The notes under the pieces were generated by a model that worked only from the letters and a program-made list of their open reading frames with translations, ran no database searches and was not told where the DNA came from. Both the position numbers and the translations under genes were made by a program. Below are positions 24,616 through 37,271 of a DNA stretch of 64,000 nucleotides, piece by piece (the first letter of the stretch is position 1; each line of letters begins with the position of its first letter). This DNA comes from Phyllosticta citribraziliensis (Eukaryota), in assembly GCF_038025025.1 (NCBI RefSeq), contig NW_027117339.1, forward strand, positions 1-64,000, written 5' to 3'.

Positions 24616-26139
24616 CTACGAGGACGGAGGAACATCGGTGTTCTGCTCCTTCTCGATGCGCTGCACAGCACCGAAGCGCTTGTTGCCCTGGTCGAAGATC
24701 TGCGTGGGGGCCGGCCGTTAGCTTTCCGTGTCAGAACCTTGTTTTGACGAACACTCACCGCGTAGATGCCCTTCAAGAAGGTGTCTCCCAGGATGTCGAA
24801 GTCGAGCGATCCACGCGATTGGATTCCGCCGCTGGGTCATTGTAAGCTAAAGTACGAGCTCGGACATTCGAACAACTTACTAGATGAAGCCGTTGCCGGC
24901 GTCGGCAAAGCCCAGGTCCTCCTTCTGGACGGTGAACTGCTTGTCACCAACAGCAAAGGTGACGACGGGCAGCTTGTCGAGCGACGTGTCGCTGGGGTAG
25001 ACGTATCCCTGCTGCGTGTTGTCGTATTTGCTGCCGGGAATGGCGGCGTAGATTTGCTCCAAGGTGCTGTCGTCGATCAACGCCAGGGTGGTGCCAGTGT
25101 CGGCAATGGCCGTGTTGCCGCTGCGGGTGATGGTCTTGCCGTTGACCGTGGCAGAGGTCGACTGGAACTGCCAGAATCCTTGGCTGCTGTCGATGTCGAC
25201 GTAGTACGGCTCGGTGGCGTTTGCGGCCTTGAGCGTGTCCTGGTCGATGTAGCCAAAGGTGTAGAACGATTCGCCCTTGTCTGCCTCGTTGGTGTCACGC
25301 CAGGAGCCAAGGTAAGCGGTAAAGAGCTCTGCCTCCTGGGGAATGTCCTGCTGGGTGATGAGGTTCTCGACGGGAGTGGGGACGGCCTTGGGCTGGACGG
25401 TGTTGATGCTACCAAACGCAAGACCCAAGAGACCATCCCCAGCGCCCTGAGCAAACTGAGTGGAGAGGTTTTTGGCGAGCTCGATGGCCTGGTCCTTGAT
25501 GGTCAGACCGCCGAGGTCCACGTTGTCTGTGCCGACGTCGCCGGACGCGCTCGACGAGTCTCCGTACTGGATCTGCCATGTGTAGCCATCGAGCTTCTTG
25601 TAGGTGCTCGACTTGCTGGGGTCGTAGATGTTGTGCTTGCCGGAGGATTGGACAGAAGTAGGCAGCTCGGTCGACCAGACCCAAAGGTCAGCAGAACCAC
25701 TGCGAGGAGTAAGCAAGCAGCCATGCGGCAGCTACGGGGGAACTTACGTGTCAAAGTCGAGGCTGACATTCTGGGCTGGGGTGCCGATGCCAATGGTGGA
25801 GAGGTACATGGCGTCGTACTGAATGTCCTCGGAGGGAACCTCGCCAGACTTGCCCGACGCGTCGAGACGCTTCTGGAGCACATGCTGACGGACTCGAGCC
25901 TGGCCGCCGATGGCCTTGGAGGTGCCGAACTTTCCCTGAGTCTCAATCCTATTGGAGACGAAGTAGGGGCCCTCCTTGGTGGGACTGATGCCCCCTGCGC
26001 AGAGTCAGTGTCAGGAAGTTGAAAAGGTCGCGGCCAAGGGCTTACATTTGTTCAGGGCGTAGACGTAGGACTTGGGGCCCGAGGCCTTGTAGTTGGAGTT
26101 GCGGTTGAGCACAACGCGCGAAAGACCCTTGGTCGCCAT
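24616..26139 (-). CDS. Aspartic endopeptidase (A1, aspergillopepsin/endothiapepsin-like) without an evident signal peptide; introns 25995-26045, 25700-25747, 24832-24880, 24700-24758
   Basis: Both catalytic motifs present: LDFDTGSADLWV (spliced across intron 2) and AIADTGTTL. Flap YGD and ILGDTFLK. Four canonical GT-AG introns. Confidence 0.93.
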
Positions 26140-29092
26140 GTTGTCGTGTCGAGAGAGGCTGAAATCGGGTGGTGGTAAGGAGTTGAAGGGTGCAAATTTC
26201 AGAACAAAAGTTGTGGAGAGGGAGGTTTGAGCGTGAAGGTGAGAGGAGGGGGGTTGAGTCAAGAGGAAGCCAGTGGGATGGCGACGCAGGTGCCTTCTTA
26301 TACTGCCCATCCACCACCAGAACCAAGAAGGTGCCGGTGACCATGACATGACGCAAGAGCCCCGGGCCAGGCACCTGGCAGGTCACGACACCACCGCAGA
26401 CAACTTGTGCGGGCACGGCACCCACGAAACAAGCCGCACAGGGGCAAGCCAGCGACATTAGATTTCTTCTCGCCATCCAGCCGGCCGTGGGCTGAAATCA
26501 CCAAGCAGGTAGCTCCAGTTTGCAATGGACCCCTCTCAACTCGCAGCTTGAGCAACCCGAGTAGATTCAATTTTTGGACAATGCAGCTACAACGAGGAGA
26601 CCGAGAGACACGCTGATGCATCCCCGCCATGGAGAGCTGCAGAGCAGAAAAGGTCAGAGCTCCAACAGCTCCATGCCCGTACGGTCCAGCTACTCCACAA
26701 CAACGGCACCGCCGGGAGGTGGGCTCGAGCGAGCGGGGCGGCGCTGCGCTGTTTCGGCCAGCATGTCACTGACCATGGCTTGCTTTGCGGCTGTCGGGTT
26801 GGATCACGGAGCATTCCAGTTGGACGCGTTGGTGACGGCGGGGAGAGTGAACAAACAATCCAGAGCTACGTCATGGCTGCTGTGCAAGCAAACGCCATCA
26901 AAACAAAGTCAGGAGGTGCCACGACGACAAGTGGACGGCAAATGGCGTGGGTGGGTGTGGGTGTGGGTGTTGTTGATAAGACATCGGGTTGGACCAGACG
27001 TTGGAAGTCCATGAGGTGCCGCGTCTCCCCTGTTCCCTGGTGGCCGCAGAGAGGCCCGGTCCGTCACCCGCGGCACCACCTACGTTGATCCAACGGAGCT
27101 CCCGTCCTGTCGAACCTGTTGTCTCTGCTGCTCCAAATCCATCGCCCATCTTTTGCAAATATTGCGCCAGCACACATCCCATCTGCCAACCGTCTAGCTA
27201 CGAATGGCGTCATGGGCCGGCGGGCGTTGGCGGCGTGAGGTGCATGAGTGAAACCAGACCCGCGTGCGCATGAACTCAGAGGCAATCAAGTACCTGACGG
27301 ACGAGCTCAAACGAGACAGCAACCGTCGATCTGTCCCTTGCACACTGCCGGCTGCCTTGCCCTCTCTGTTCGCTGGCTGGCTGCACTGGTCATCTGCGTC
27401 TAGGCCCGTCTGATCGTCTGTCGTCGTCGTACCTCGAACACAGAATGTCCGCTGATCGCTGCTTGGGAGACTGATAGACAAGGGCAAGCAGATAACGGCC
27501 ACCTGTCCGCGCATCAAAAAGTTGGATTCCCTTCTTTACGTACAAACTCTCCACAATCCATGTTTTCCCCCCAGCTATATCGCCAAAGCTAGGGCCTGCT
27601 GATATTCATCTACATCAAACGACGAGATAGACTAACAAACAAGCCTTTTCCAAGCTTCGTGCCGCTCGTCCATGCCATCATCCACTCGCTCGCCGCCACC
27701 CTTACTTGTCCGCCTCGGGAACACCGCCAGCCGATCGACAGATTGACGTCTTCACGCAGCGCGCGCATGCTATATTTGACCTTCAATTCCCTGCACTCCC
27801 TGGCCCAATGATCTCCGGAACCCCAATCTCGTAAAACATGGACATTGCTCCTGGCAGAATGCCGAAGCAAAGGAATGCCATTGTTTGCACCGAAGACGCT
27901 GGCAGCAAATGCCTCCTGGACTTTGGATGCCCGCCCGATGGTAATAGTGGCGTGGCATTTGGCTCTTTGGAAAACAGGAGAAGGGAGAGGGGAGAGGATT
28001 GCAGCCCGAAACTTCGAGACAAAGCCGGCATATGTACACATGTATGCAGCAAAAGCAAGAAGCAGGAACCAACCAACACGCAACGGAGGCTGAACCGCCT
28101 GGCTCAGCGTCTGCCAAACACACTCACACGAGCCACGCACGCCACTCCGTCACTCGTCAAAGACCAACGATGGCAGGCAGGGCATTGATAAGATGAGAGG
28201 CTGCCGTTGGAGGAGGGGCACGCCGCATGCAAGCCAGCACGCAAGCCAGCCAGCCACTGCCGCCGCGCCTTGTGCCGCCGAGAGAAACAAGCTCGTCTTG
28301 GCCCAGCTTAGCCACGCACGCCAGATTAGTGGCAGATCAGCTGCCGCACAGAGCGAGCGCATCTTGCGTGGGTGCATACAGCGTGGGGTGTAGTGTGTTG
28401 ATGGAGGCGTGGGGGGAGCCACGGAGCTTCGACTGCGCCGTGGCGTGGCGTGCCAGACGGCGCGGCCAGTGACGTCTTCTTGTGTCGTTTGATTCGCAGA
28501 ACAGTTGTGGTATTTTGTACTTGATTGGGGTAAGGTCGCCGGCGGGTGTGGCGACGTTGGCGTCCTGCCCCGAGAGTCCCAAAACATGAGAGAAGTCCAG
28601 GACGTCAAAAAACGCTCGATGAAATCTTCATAGCTGTAGAAAGGCACTTTTACCCCAGTGCCTATGCTGCCATGCCACGGCATGACGCGGCGGCCATGTC
28701 CTGCCCGATTCTACAAACACTGATGAGAGAGGTTGTCCTGCCTGCCTGCCTGTCCAGACGCCGATTTGATGTTCCAGCCATGCGAGGGAACCGAAAACTC
28801 CTCAAAGGCTTTTGTTCTTGTTACCGTGTCGCCAGTGCGTCCGTCGTCCCTGGCCCTGGCCGTGCTCGCTCGCTAACTCTTCGGTCGAGCTCTTTCCGAT
28901 GCTGCTGCTGTGTTCGGGAATAGCATCACGCAGAGCCTCGTAAAACACATTTCCTCCCAGCCAATGCTCGCTGAAAACCTGCAGCAGTAATCATAATGCA
29001 CAGTACAAGAAAAAGCCTACACCGCCATCCCCGTCCGTCGATCTGATACGCGGAGAGAGCGCAGATCTGCGGACGGAGAACGGCCTACCTAC

Positions 29093-31540
29093 TTACTTTT
29101 TGTTCTTGTTTTTGCGGCCCCTGCCACGCGACGATGATGAAGCGGGAGGCGGGGGCGGAGGCGGAGGGCGGTTGTTCCCACCATAACCACCGCTGCCGCC
29201 GCCGCTGCGTCCACCACCACCGCTGTTGTTGCTGCCGCCTCGTCCACGTCCATTGCGAGCTCCGCCGCGACCAAGTACCTGGCCGCCTCCGCCGCCGCCA
29301 CGGCCAGATTGGTAGCCACCGCCGCGGGATGCGGGGACAGGCGCGCCGTATGGGTTGGGAGGCAGAGCATGGTAGCCACCACCGTTGACGGGCTGGAACT
29401 GGTTGTCGTTGCGTTGACGAAAGTTGCCAGAGCGCGTGTGTGGGGGAGAACGCGAGCGGCGCCGGTTACCACCGCCTCCAGCGTTGATCCGGATGCTGCC
29501 TCGCGCGAGACCACCACCGCCGCCGCGGTTGTTAGATGGCCGCGCATTGCGGTAAAAGTTTGCCGAGTCATCCAGATCATCATCGTCATCGTCGAACTCG
29601 ATCGGGTTGCTTTGCGCAGAGCCCTTGATGGAGAAGCCGCCATTCAGGGTCCCGTTGCTAGGATGCGCCAACGGGTCGATGAGGTACCGTGCTGCTTCTT
29701 TGGCAGAGAAGACGTCAAACTGGTACTTCATGTCTTTGGGGAGCATGCGACAGTCGTCGCCCCAGTGGCCGTCTGAGCCACAAAAGTAGCAGCCCATGCT
29801 GAGACGGTCGACTTTGTTGATGTGCGGCAGCTCCTCAGGGTTGAAGGTGCGCCAGACCCACGTGCATTGGTCCTCGAAATGCTCCTTTGATTGGCAGTAA
29901 TCGCAGACGATGCCGTCGGCTTTGGAGCGGAAGAGCTTCGATGTGCAGTCCTCGATCGTGTGGCCTCGCTCGCGGCACTTTCTGCACTTGGCTCTTGTTG
30001 GGCAGTCTTTCGAAAAGTGCATGTCGACCGCCTGGCAGAACGTGCAGGTCCTGCTGGGACATTCTTCTTCCATGTGACCCAATTTGCCGCAAGTCATGCA
30101 GTGTACCGGATCGCTTGTATCTGCTGCGCCGAAATACCGGCGTTGAAGCTCCTGTTCTGGCCGAGAGAGATAAGCCAAGGTCGTACGTTGATATACTCTG
30201 ACCGTTTCAGGGGGCTCGTATGTCTCCTCGGTGCTCTCAGCAGATTCCGAGGCAGCGGGACCGGAAGTGTGTGGTGTGGTTGCAGCCGTGCTCGTACCCG
30301 AGACAGAGACTGGCTCCGCGGGAGAGTCTGAACCTGGCGCGCTGGTTGATGCTCCAATACCAGGATCTTCGGTCGAGGCGTGGTCACCATTGGTCGCTGG
30401 CCGCGAAGATTTCCGTGAAAATGCAGCCCCGTTGCTGAGTCCGGCGAGTGCCCACACCTGAATAGGCCGCCCATTGACCTCCACCATCTCGCCAAAGTAT
30501 CCGACCCCGTAGTTGCCTTTCTTCGGATCTGCCTCTTGGGGGCGGAGGACACCTCCCTGTTGACACGCGTCGTAGTCTTCCACGGACATTGCTCCTGATC
30601 TAATGAGGTATTCAGATGCGCTGGCCAAGGCCGCTGCGAAAGCGTAGGTCAGGTGCGTCTTGCTTGCATCCGCATTGTTAACAAACGACTGCGGTTGGTC
30701 TCCAGCTAGGGTCAATTCTATAACGGCATCGAAACCGTCCCATTGAAATGGCGGTTTGCTCTCGAGAACGGCTTTCTTCAAGTTTTCAAGGTAGCTTTGG
30801 TTGCGATAGCAAGCCAAAGCCTTGAACGTCTGCTTCGACTTGTGGTATGGATTCTTGTGGAAGTAGACACCAATCAAACCAGCGGGAGCAACTTTGCCAA
30901 TCCACTTGACAAACGACACCTGAGAGGTTTTCTTGGCGACGAACTGGAACTTCATTTCCTTAGTTGTCAAAGGCGCTTCGACGGCAACAAAGGCCATGTC
31001 CTTGGCCGCGGGCACCGGTGTCCTGAGAATCTGCTCGGACCTCTTCTGCTCAAACTTCGCAATGGTCCTGACTTGATCGGGCGTCAATTGGACCGCAGTC
31101 TTTGAATTGGGTTCAAGCTGGTTGCTGGTGCTGGACGGCTGTGTAGCCACAGGCCTGGGTGGATCATCGCTTGCGCCGTCCAATCCAGCAGCATAGGTTG
31201 TCCTTGGAGCATTTACAGCTGGAGAGTCAACAGGCGTGGTAGCCATGTGTGGAAATTCTGGAGCTTTCTGCGGCGACGTGGATCTGGATGCCTCGCCAGA
31301 CTCTGAAGGCGAGCGCCGTTCCGTGCCAGTGACAGTCTGGGTGGCTTCACGCGAATCCCAATCCAAATGCACCTCCGGCGAGGGAGAATAGTGGCTGTCG
31401 ATTTCACCCTCTTCACTCTCGACTCGAGACCTTTTTACGCCAGAGGCGCCAAAGGCGAAAGGATCTTGCTCTTCAGCATCGCGTTGGCGCTTGCGGCCTA
31501 CCGTCGCGGTGCGGGAATCACCCTCGCCGTCGGAATTCAT
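29093..31540 (-). CDS. Air1/Air2 (ZCCHC7)-like zinc-knuckle protein, putative TRAMP subunit, with RGG-rich tail
   Basis: Five CCHC knuckles (CMTCGKLGHMEEEC, CTFC..HFSKDC, CRKCRERGHTIEDC, CDYCQSKEHFEDQC, CYFCGSDGHWGDDC) with a VWRTF linker resembling the Air IWRxY motif. First ATG at 31540. Confidence 0.8.
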   Translation of the reverse strand: MNSDGEGDSRTATVGRKRQRDAEEQDPFAFGASGVKRSRVESEEGEIDSHYSPSPEVHLDWDSREATQTVTGTERRSPSESGEASRSTSPQKAPEFPHMATTPVDSPAVNAPRTTYAAGLDGASDDPPRPVATQPSSTSNQLEPNSKTAVQLTPDQVRTIAKFEQKRSEQILRTPVPAAKDMAFVAVEAPLTTKEMKFQFVAKKTSQVSFVKWIGKVAPAGLIGVYFHKNPYHKSKQTFKALACYRNQSYLENLKKAVLESKPPFQWDGFDAVIELTLAGDQPQSFVNNADASKTHLTYAFAAALASASEYLIRSGAMSVEDYDACQQGGVLRPQEADPKKGNYGVGYFGEMVEVNGRPIQVWALAGLSNGAAFSRKSSRPATNGDHASTEDPGIGASTSAPGSDSPAEPVSVSGTSTAATTPHTSGPAASESAESTEETYEPPETVRVYQRTTLAYLSRPEQELQRRYFGAADTSDPVHCMTCGKLGHMEEECPSRTCTFCQAVDMHFSKDCPTRAKCRKCRERGHTIEDCTSKLFRSKADGIVCDYCQSKEHFEDQCTWVWRTFNPEELPHINKVDRLSMGCYFCGSDGHWGDDCRMLPKDMKYQFDVFSAKEAARYLIDPLAHPSNGTLNGGFSIKGSAQSNPIEFDDDDDDLDDSANFYRNARPSNNRGGGGGLARGSIRINAGGGGNRRRSRSPPHTRSGNFRQRNDNQFQPVNGGGYHALPPNPYGAPVPASRGGGYQSGRGGGGGGQVLGRGGARNGRGRGGSNNSGGGGRSGGGSGGYGGNNRPPPPPPPPASSSSRGRGRKNKNKK

Positions 31541-31769
31541 CCTGGCGGAAGGGCGTGTGGCGCGCGGGTTGCCGTCTCTTGGGCGTTTGCGGGGGCGCAA
31601 GGGTCAAGGGTGGGTCGCGTGGGCTTGTGCAGAGTAGGTATGACTTGAGCGACACAATACCGGCTTGGGGCAGGACTGTTTCGGAGTTTAGTCGAGGGTG
31701 CTGGTGTTGTGGAGTCCCGGAGGGCGTCAGGTCGAGGGTTGAAGGCGTCGGCAAAACACCGGATGCTCT

Positions 31770-31787
31770 GGAAATTTCAAAAATTTG
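31770..31787. promoter_or_regulatory. RRPE-like element (GAAATTTCAAAAATTT) in the shared promoter of the Air-like gene and NOP13
   Basis: AAAAATTT core in an otherwise GC-rich 365-bp divergent intergenic region between two RNA-processing genes. Confidence 0.45.
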
Positions 31788-31905
31788 GGAACCGTGGAAC
31801 CTTGCTGGCGTCGATCACGACCACCGTCTCTCGTCGCAACCTCAACATCTACCTGCTTCGGCTTCCTTTCCTCGCCCTCGACTCGAATCCCTCTCGCTCC
31901 TCGCC

Positions 31906-33225
31906 ATGGCTACTACTGCCGTCGAAGACGCCGCAAGGCAAGAACGCCGCGAAAAGAAAAAGGCCCTCCGCAAAGCGCGCGAAGCTGAAGCCGCCGAATC
32001 CCAAGACGAACGAGAGTCGATACGAAAACGCAAGCGGTCCAACCTTCCCGACGAAGGCGAACTCGAAGTCGACGTCACAGCTCCCGAGCCGCTGTCCAAG
32101 CGCGAGCAACGGTTGGCCAAGAAGGGCAAATTCGACCCCAAATCCAAATCCACCGCACCGCCCAAATCAACGAGCCCAGACCAAGCAGAATCTGGAGACG
32201 AGGAGGATGCAGGCGCCTCAAAGGAGAAGAAGGAAATGGAGAAGGACAAGAAGAGGAAGGAAAAATCTGAGCACGGCATCTGGATTGGCAACCTGCCGTG
32301 GACGGCGACCAGGGATACACTCCGCGAATTTCTCGTCAAGCACGCCGGTATCGAAGACTCGTCCATCACGCGCGTCAACATGCCTAGCCCAGACAAGGCT
32401 GCCGTGGCCAGGATGACAATCAAGCCGCAAAACAAGGGCTTCGCATACGTCGACTTTGACAGCGCGCCCGCGCTGCAGGCCGCCATTGGAGTCTCGGAGA
32501 CGCTCATGAGCGGGCGCCGCGTTCTGATCAAGGACGCAACAAGCTACGAGGGTCGCCCAGTGCAGGAACAAGGCAGCGGAGAGGGCGGCGAGGCCAAGGG
32601 CCCGGGCATGAGCAAGACGCAGGCAATGCAGGTAGGCGGCGGCAAGGAGCCCAGCAAGCGCATCTTCGTTGGCAATTTGACCTTCGACGTCACGAGAGAA
32701 GATCTGGTGCAGCACTACTCCAAGTGTGGCGAGGTGGCCGACGTTTTCCTGGCTACTTTCCAAGACAGCGGCAAGTGCAAGGGATACGGATGGGTGACCT
32801 TTGAGACCATTGACGCGGCGTCAGCGGCCGTTGCTGGGTACGTCAGAGTCCCCGTCGGCGGCGACGACGACAGCAGCGATGAGGAAATGGAGGACGCGGA
32901 CGCGGCAGAGGATGATGGCGAAAAGGCCACTGAGAAGAAGGCCAAGAAGCCCAAAAAGATGCGCAAGTGGTTCGTCAACCGTCTGGCTGGGCGCGATCTC
33001 CGAGTTGAGTTTGCCGAGGACAAGCAGACGCGCTACAAGAAACGCTACGGCAAAGATGCCAAACCGAGTAGTGGAGAAGCCGACGAGGTGCGCGAGAGGA
33101 GGCCCAGGAGAGAGCCCAAGAAGGTTGATGCCAGAACAATCAAGCCTGGTGCGGCTTTGGCGAACGCTCCCAGAGCGTCTGGAGCGATTGTTGAGGGACA
33201 GGGCAAGAAGACTACGTTTGATTGA
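31906..33225 (+). CDS. NOP13: Nucleolar RNA-binding protein with two RRMs (Nop13/Rnp24-like)
   Basis: RNP2 IWIGNL with RNP1 KGFAYVDF; IFVGNL with KGYGWVTF; C-terminal GAIVEGQGKKTTFD. ATG at 31906. Confidence 0.85.
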   Translation: MATTAVEDAARQERREKKKALRKAREAEAAESQDERESIRKRKRSNLPDEGELEVDVTAPEPLSKREQRLAKKGKFDPKSKSTAPPKSTSPDQAESGDEEDAGASKEKKEMEKDKKRKEKSEHGIWIGNLPWTATRDTLREFLVKHAGIEDSSITRVNMPSPDKAAVARMTIKPQNKGFAYVDFDSAPALQAAIGVSETLMSGRRVLIKDATSYEGRPVQEQGSGEGGEAKGPGMSKTQAMQVGGGKEPSKRIFVGNLTFDVTREDLVQHYSKCGEVADVFLATFQDSGKCKGYGWVTFETIDAASAAVAGYVRVPVGGDDDSSDEEMEDADAAEDDGEKATEKKAKKPKKMRKWFVNRLAGRDLRVEFAEDKQTRYKKRYGKDAKPSSGEADEVRERRPRREPKKVDARTIKPGAALANAPRASGAIVEGQGKKTTFD

Positions 33226-33471
33226 TTGATTGATACCCTTGAGTAGGAAAGGTTGATATGCAGTATTCAAGGTAAATTTGGCCCATAAGCGGGCGGGTCA
33301 CAAGCTCTCTCATGTCCTTGGACGCAATTCATGTCTCCGTACTTTTCTCCTTCGCAAATGAACGCTCCATGACTGAAAAGATGAAAATGGTCTGGGTCCC
33401 ACGATCTCCCGAATGCGCCTGACCAACAGACCGGCGAACAGGTGACGCTAACTTTTGACCCCTCGCTATCC

Positions 33472-35292
33472 TCACATGCCCCACTCCATGCCCATCTGCC
33501 TCCTCGACACGGCCGTCGAATTCTTGCTCGCAACGTTTCCAAAGTCGCCACTCTGCGTCGTAAAGTCGCTCACCTCGCTCAGACTGCTGATGCGGCCGAG
33601 CAGAAACTCCAGCTGGCGGTACGCGGCGCTGGGCTGGTACTGGGGGATCATGTGGCCGCTCAGGGCCACCTCAACGTACGTCAAGCCGCGCTCCGTGTGG
33701 GCGGTGCCCATGACGCCGCTAGCAGCCAGCGTCGACAGGCTCGCCTCCTCGTGGTAGGGGACGTAGAACGGCGCCGACGGCTTGGATTGGAAGCCCTGGG
33801 CGCCGTTCCACGTCATGTTTTGGATAGTCAGCAGGGTGCCGTTGGCGAGCAGGATGAAGTCGAGCAGGCCGTGGCCGATGACGACGCGCTCGGCGCGCTC
33901 GAGCACGCGCGGGATGACCTCCCACGACGACGGCGCCGAGCTGTCCGTGTCGAGCACGCCGTTGGAGCACTCGGCCCACTCTTGAACCGGCGCGTTGATG
34001 GCGCGCTGCACGTCGCTGCGGTTGAAAAAGATGCCGGTGCCTTCGGGGATGTAGTCGAACGAACCGGGGAACCCGAGGACGTCCCACAGCAGCGGGCACG
34101 TTGTCGCCACTTGGTAGATGTCGAAGCACGGGTTGGTCAGCGATACGGCGGAGTAGATGTCGTCCCACAGGTCACAGCCGGCTGCCGAGTCATCGGGAGG
34201 AGTGGGGAGCTTGCCGGTAGGAGGGAAGACGAGGTTCTCGTTAAGGTACGAACTGTAACCGCAAGATTCTGCGCGGCTGTGGAGCGAGGCCGAAAAGGTC
34301 TCATTGAGGTTGAACAGGGGAGCCCAGTGGTCGACAAAGGCGACAGCCGGAACCTGCTCCAAAACGACGTCCGAGTTGATCGAGGGGTCATAAATCATGA
34401 TGGAGTTGAGGTCGTAATAAGTCGTGTCGTTCTTGTTCAGCATGGCGTCGGCAATGTACGGTACATACAGTCCGGCATATGACTCGCCAGTGATGTAGAT
34501 CTTCTTGCCGTGCAGGCCAAAGGTGTCGACAAAGTTCTTGAAGAATCCCAAGAATTGAGCGGCGACCTCTTCCTCACTGGTGGCGGTGGGAGTGCCTTGG
34601 GAGAAGCCGGTGCCGACGGGTTGCTCGACCCAAACCATGTTGGTCAGATTGACCCACGTCCATGGGTTCTTGACGGGCTTGAAAGTACCTGGCTTTTAGT
34701 TAGCAAAGACGAATACTTCAAGATGCAGGAGACCTACCGTACTGCCACAGCACTGGTCCATTCTCCTGGAAGAACCCTTCAAGAGAAGAACAGCCTGGGC
34801 CTCCATTGAGCCAGATCGTGATTTCGTCGGTAGCGTTGACATTAGAAGAGGGGAAGAACCAAAAGTAGAGCTCGCTGGTCTCATTGGCCTTTTCAGAAAT
34901 GGGCAGGAGACCTGCGTAAGACTCGCCAATGTCAAAGTCAACTTCTGGAATGGCCGACCCGTTGACAGCAAACTCTGGACAAGCTGGTCAGTATAGAGCT
35001 TGGAGAAATGCCCTAATGGCGGTGGTGCATAACGGCACTGGGATTATTGATGATACGGTGTTTGAACGCCAAAGGATAATTATCACGTACTGGTCGTGTT
35101 TGCGTTTTGTGGAATCAGGTAATTGGCCCTCTTGGTCTTCTCAGTGCCTGCGTTGTGTGCCGGCCTCATCAGATCGCCTCTTCTTGGTCTCGGCATCTCA
35201 GTCAAAGATCTTCTGCCCACATGCCGGGGGTCTCTCGCTTCACCCAAAGCTACTAGAGCCAGGGCGGAAAGCAATGAAGTGGACACGCGCAT
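33472..35292 (-). CDS. Secreted serine carboxypeptidase (S10, CpdS/PepF-like); introns 34975-35090 and 34689-34737
   Basis: Signal peptide [39 protein letters not shown], catalytic GESYAG and GHMIP. Confidence 0.93.
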
Positions 35293-37271
35293 TTTTCACG
35301 AGAGCTTGGGAGCAATTGGCTAGCGACAAGCCGTGAAGAAGTCGGTGGCAACTAAAGGCGCAACGACGAAGGAAGATGGAAGACAGTGAACGACAGAAGA
35401 GAGGTGGGGTATTCAGGTAACGCGAACCCGGATTTCTTTTGATCCCGGCGAGTGGGCTGCAAGGTCCAGGTACAAGGCGTTGATTTTGTGCGCTTGGCGA
35501 GGCTTGTGCCGCATAAGGCAGGAGATCCAAACGTCGGTGATGAATGGCAGAAGCGAGCACGTATTGTATTTGTCCTTGCGGCAAGGCCCGAGTAATGGCA
35601 GTCTCAAAGGCCTAGACACTGATAAGAATTCGAACAACGAATAGTGACGTAAAATTCCTGGTGGACGGGCAACCGAAAGAGGTGTTGTTGCTTTTTTTCT
35701 TGTGCCCTCGTGTCTGATGTGTTCTCCTTGCCTCAACGTGCGTGGCCGTGGTGGACTGCCGGCGGCTCATGCGAGACGTGGGGAGCTTTCATCCCGCCTC
35801 TTCGTTTCCCATGCTCTTTCAGATGACGACCGACTGGCGTCTTGTTGCTCCTCATCCTCGTAAGACCCAAATCCCAGCCCGTGAATCCTCCACATCCTGC
35901 CAGCCTCTCCCAAGGCCATGTTGGTCGCTCATTTTGTTGCGGGTGGCAGCGTGCCCGAAGGACATTTCTGTCTGGATCGACAGGACGGACATTGGCTCTT
36001 CAAAGCAGCTTCCCTCTTGGTGCTAGCGTTATCGTGGGGCGGCAGGGTGCGTGCGGTGAGGTGTTGGAGTTCCTGACGGTCCGGCATGACAGATCCGAGC
36101 ACGGAGGCGTGGGCCGTGCGCCGGCGCCGGCCGTGAGCGGAGCCGATGGATGTCAGGTCCGGGGCGGGCACAACCACCAAACACCTCTCCTCGTCCGCGC
36201 GCCTTTTCTCTACGTCTGTGTGACAACCATCCTCGACTCTGATGCTCTCCAATTCGCAACCCAGCAACGGGATGCTCGCCAATTCTTCCATCTGCTCTGC
36301 CTCCGGGACTTCTTCACCGAAACCCATGTTGCCAGGTCGATCTGTCCCGCGAATACGATTTGCTTCGCCGGCTGATTTCAACATGCGCTTCGTGCGCAGA
36401 TGGTGCCCCTCAAATACAGACTCGTTCTTGCAGTCCTGGAGCCTTCTAGACGAGACATGACCTTCGGCAATCACCCCAGGCTATGAAACGCACGCGCTGG
36501 AGGAATGGCGTTGCGTCGCAGTGCTCCGTCCATCCTCACGATTCGGTCACTCCATCTGTCAAGCCATGCAAGGCCGAATCGTTCTCTACACCCACGCAGA
36601 CACAGTTTGAATCCCCTCCAAGCTATCGACTGCCGCCCGGAAATTTTCCGTCCAACCAGACACACAGGCAAATAAGCATGCAGAGATGGAAGCTCCCTTG
36701 GCAGCTGCACACAACCTTAACCTTGCTTTGCACCAACAACCAATGCCGCATCCCCGTCCCCACATGGTGCAGAACACCAAGCAAACGCCACACCCGCCAG
36801 TTCAAACTTTGCCCCAACCTTGCGCTTACCTCACACCATCACCGCCTGTCGCCGCGCCCCGACCAACGTGTTGTGACTATGTCTTGTGGGGGACACATCC
36901 GCGAAACCAGCATGGGGTGAGAGGGGTGGAATGGACTGCTGGGACACAGCTACCGTGCCGAGCCGTCCGCCCGCTTTGAGTACTGCGGCATCACTGGAAA
37001 CGGTAGGCATTCTGGAATCAGCAGACGACATGAAGAATTTCTTGGCCGAAGAAGCAACAGGTGAGTAAATCTTTCCTCAATTCGTTCGACGAAGTAAGTT
37101 TGCCTACGATGTCCCGACTTGCCAACAGGACACCGATTCCATCCAAGTGCAGTAGGCCGGCACAAGCGGGCTACTCCAATGCAAATGCAATACCATGCCA
37201 TGCCACGCAATGCAGACAAGCAATCACCACAGCCCACTACCCCTCAGTCCATCTCGCAGGCGTCCCTCGAC

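Noticed and set aside
24766..26022. 418-aa plus-strand ORF antisense to the aspartic protease, open across introns
   Set aside because: V/G/D/L-rich composition typical of an antisense shadow of C-ending codons; no independent coding signal.
33442..34482. 346-aa ORF antisense to the S10 carboxypeptidase
   Set aside because: Codon-bias shadow ORF.
35842..36474. Overlapping ~180-aa ORFs between the S10 and S53 genes
   Set aside because: Non-ATG starts, no recognisable motif and no convincing splice model.
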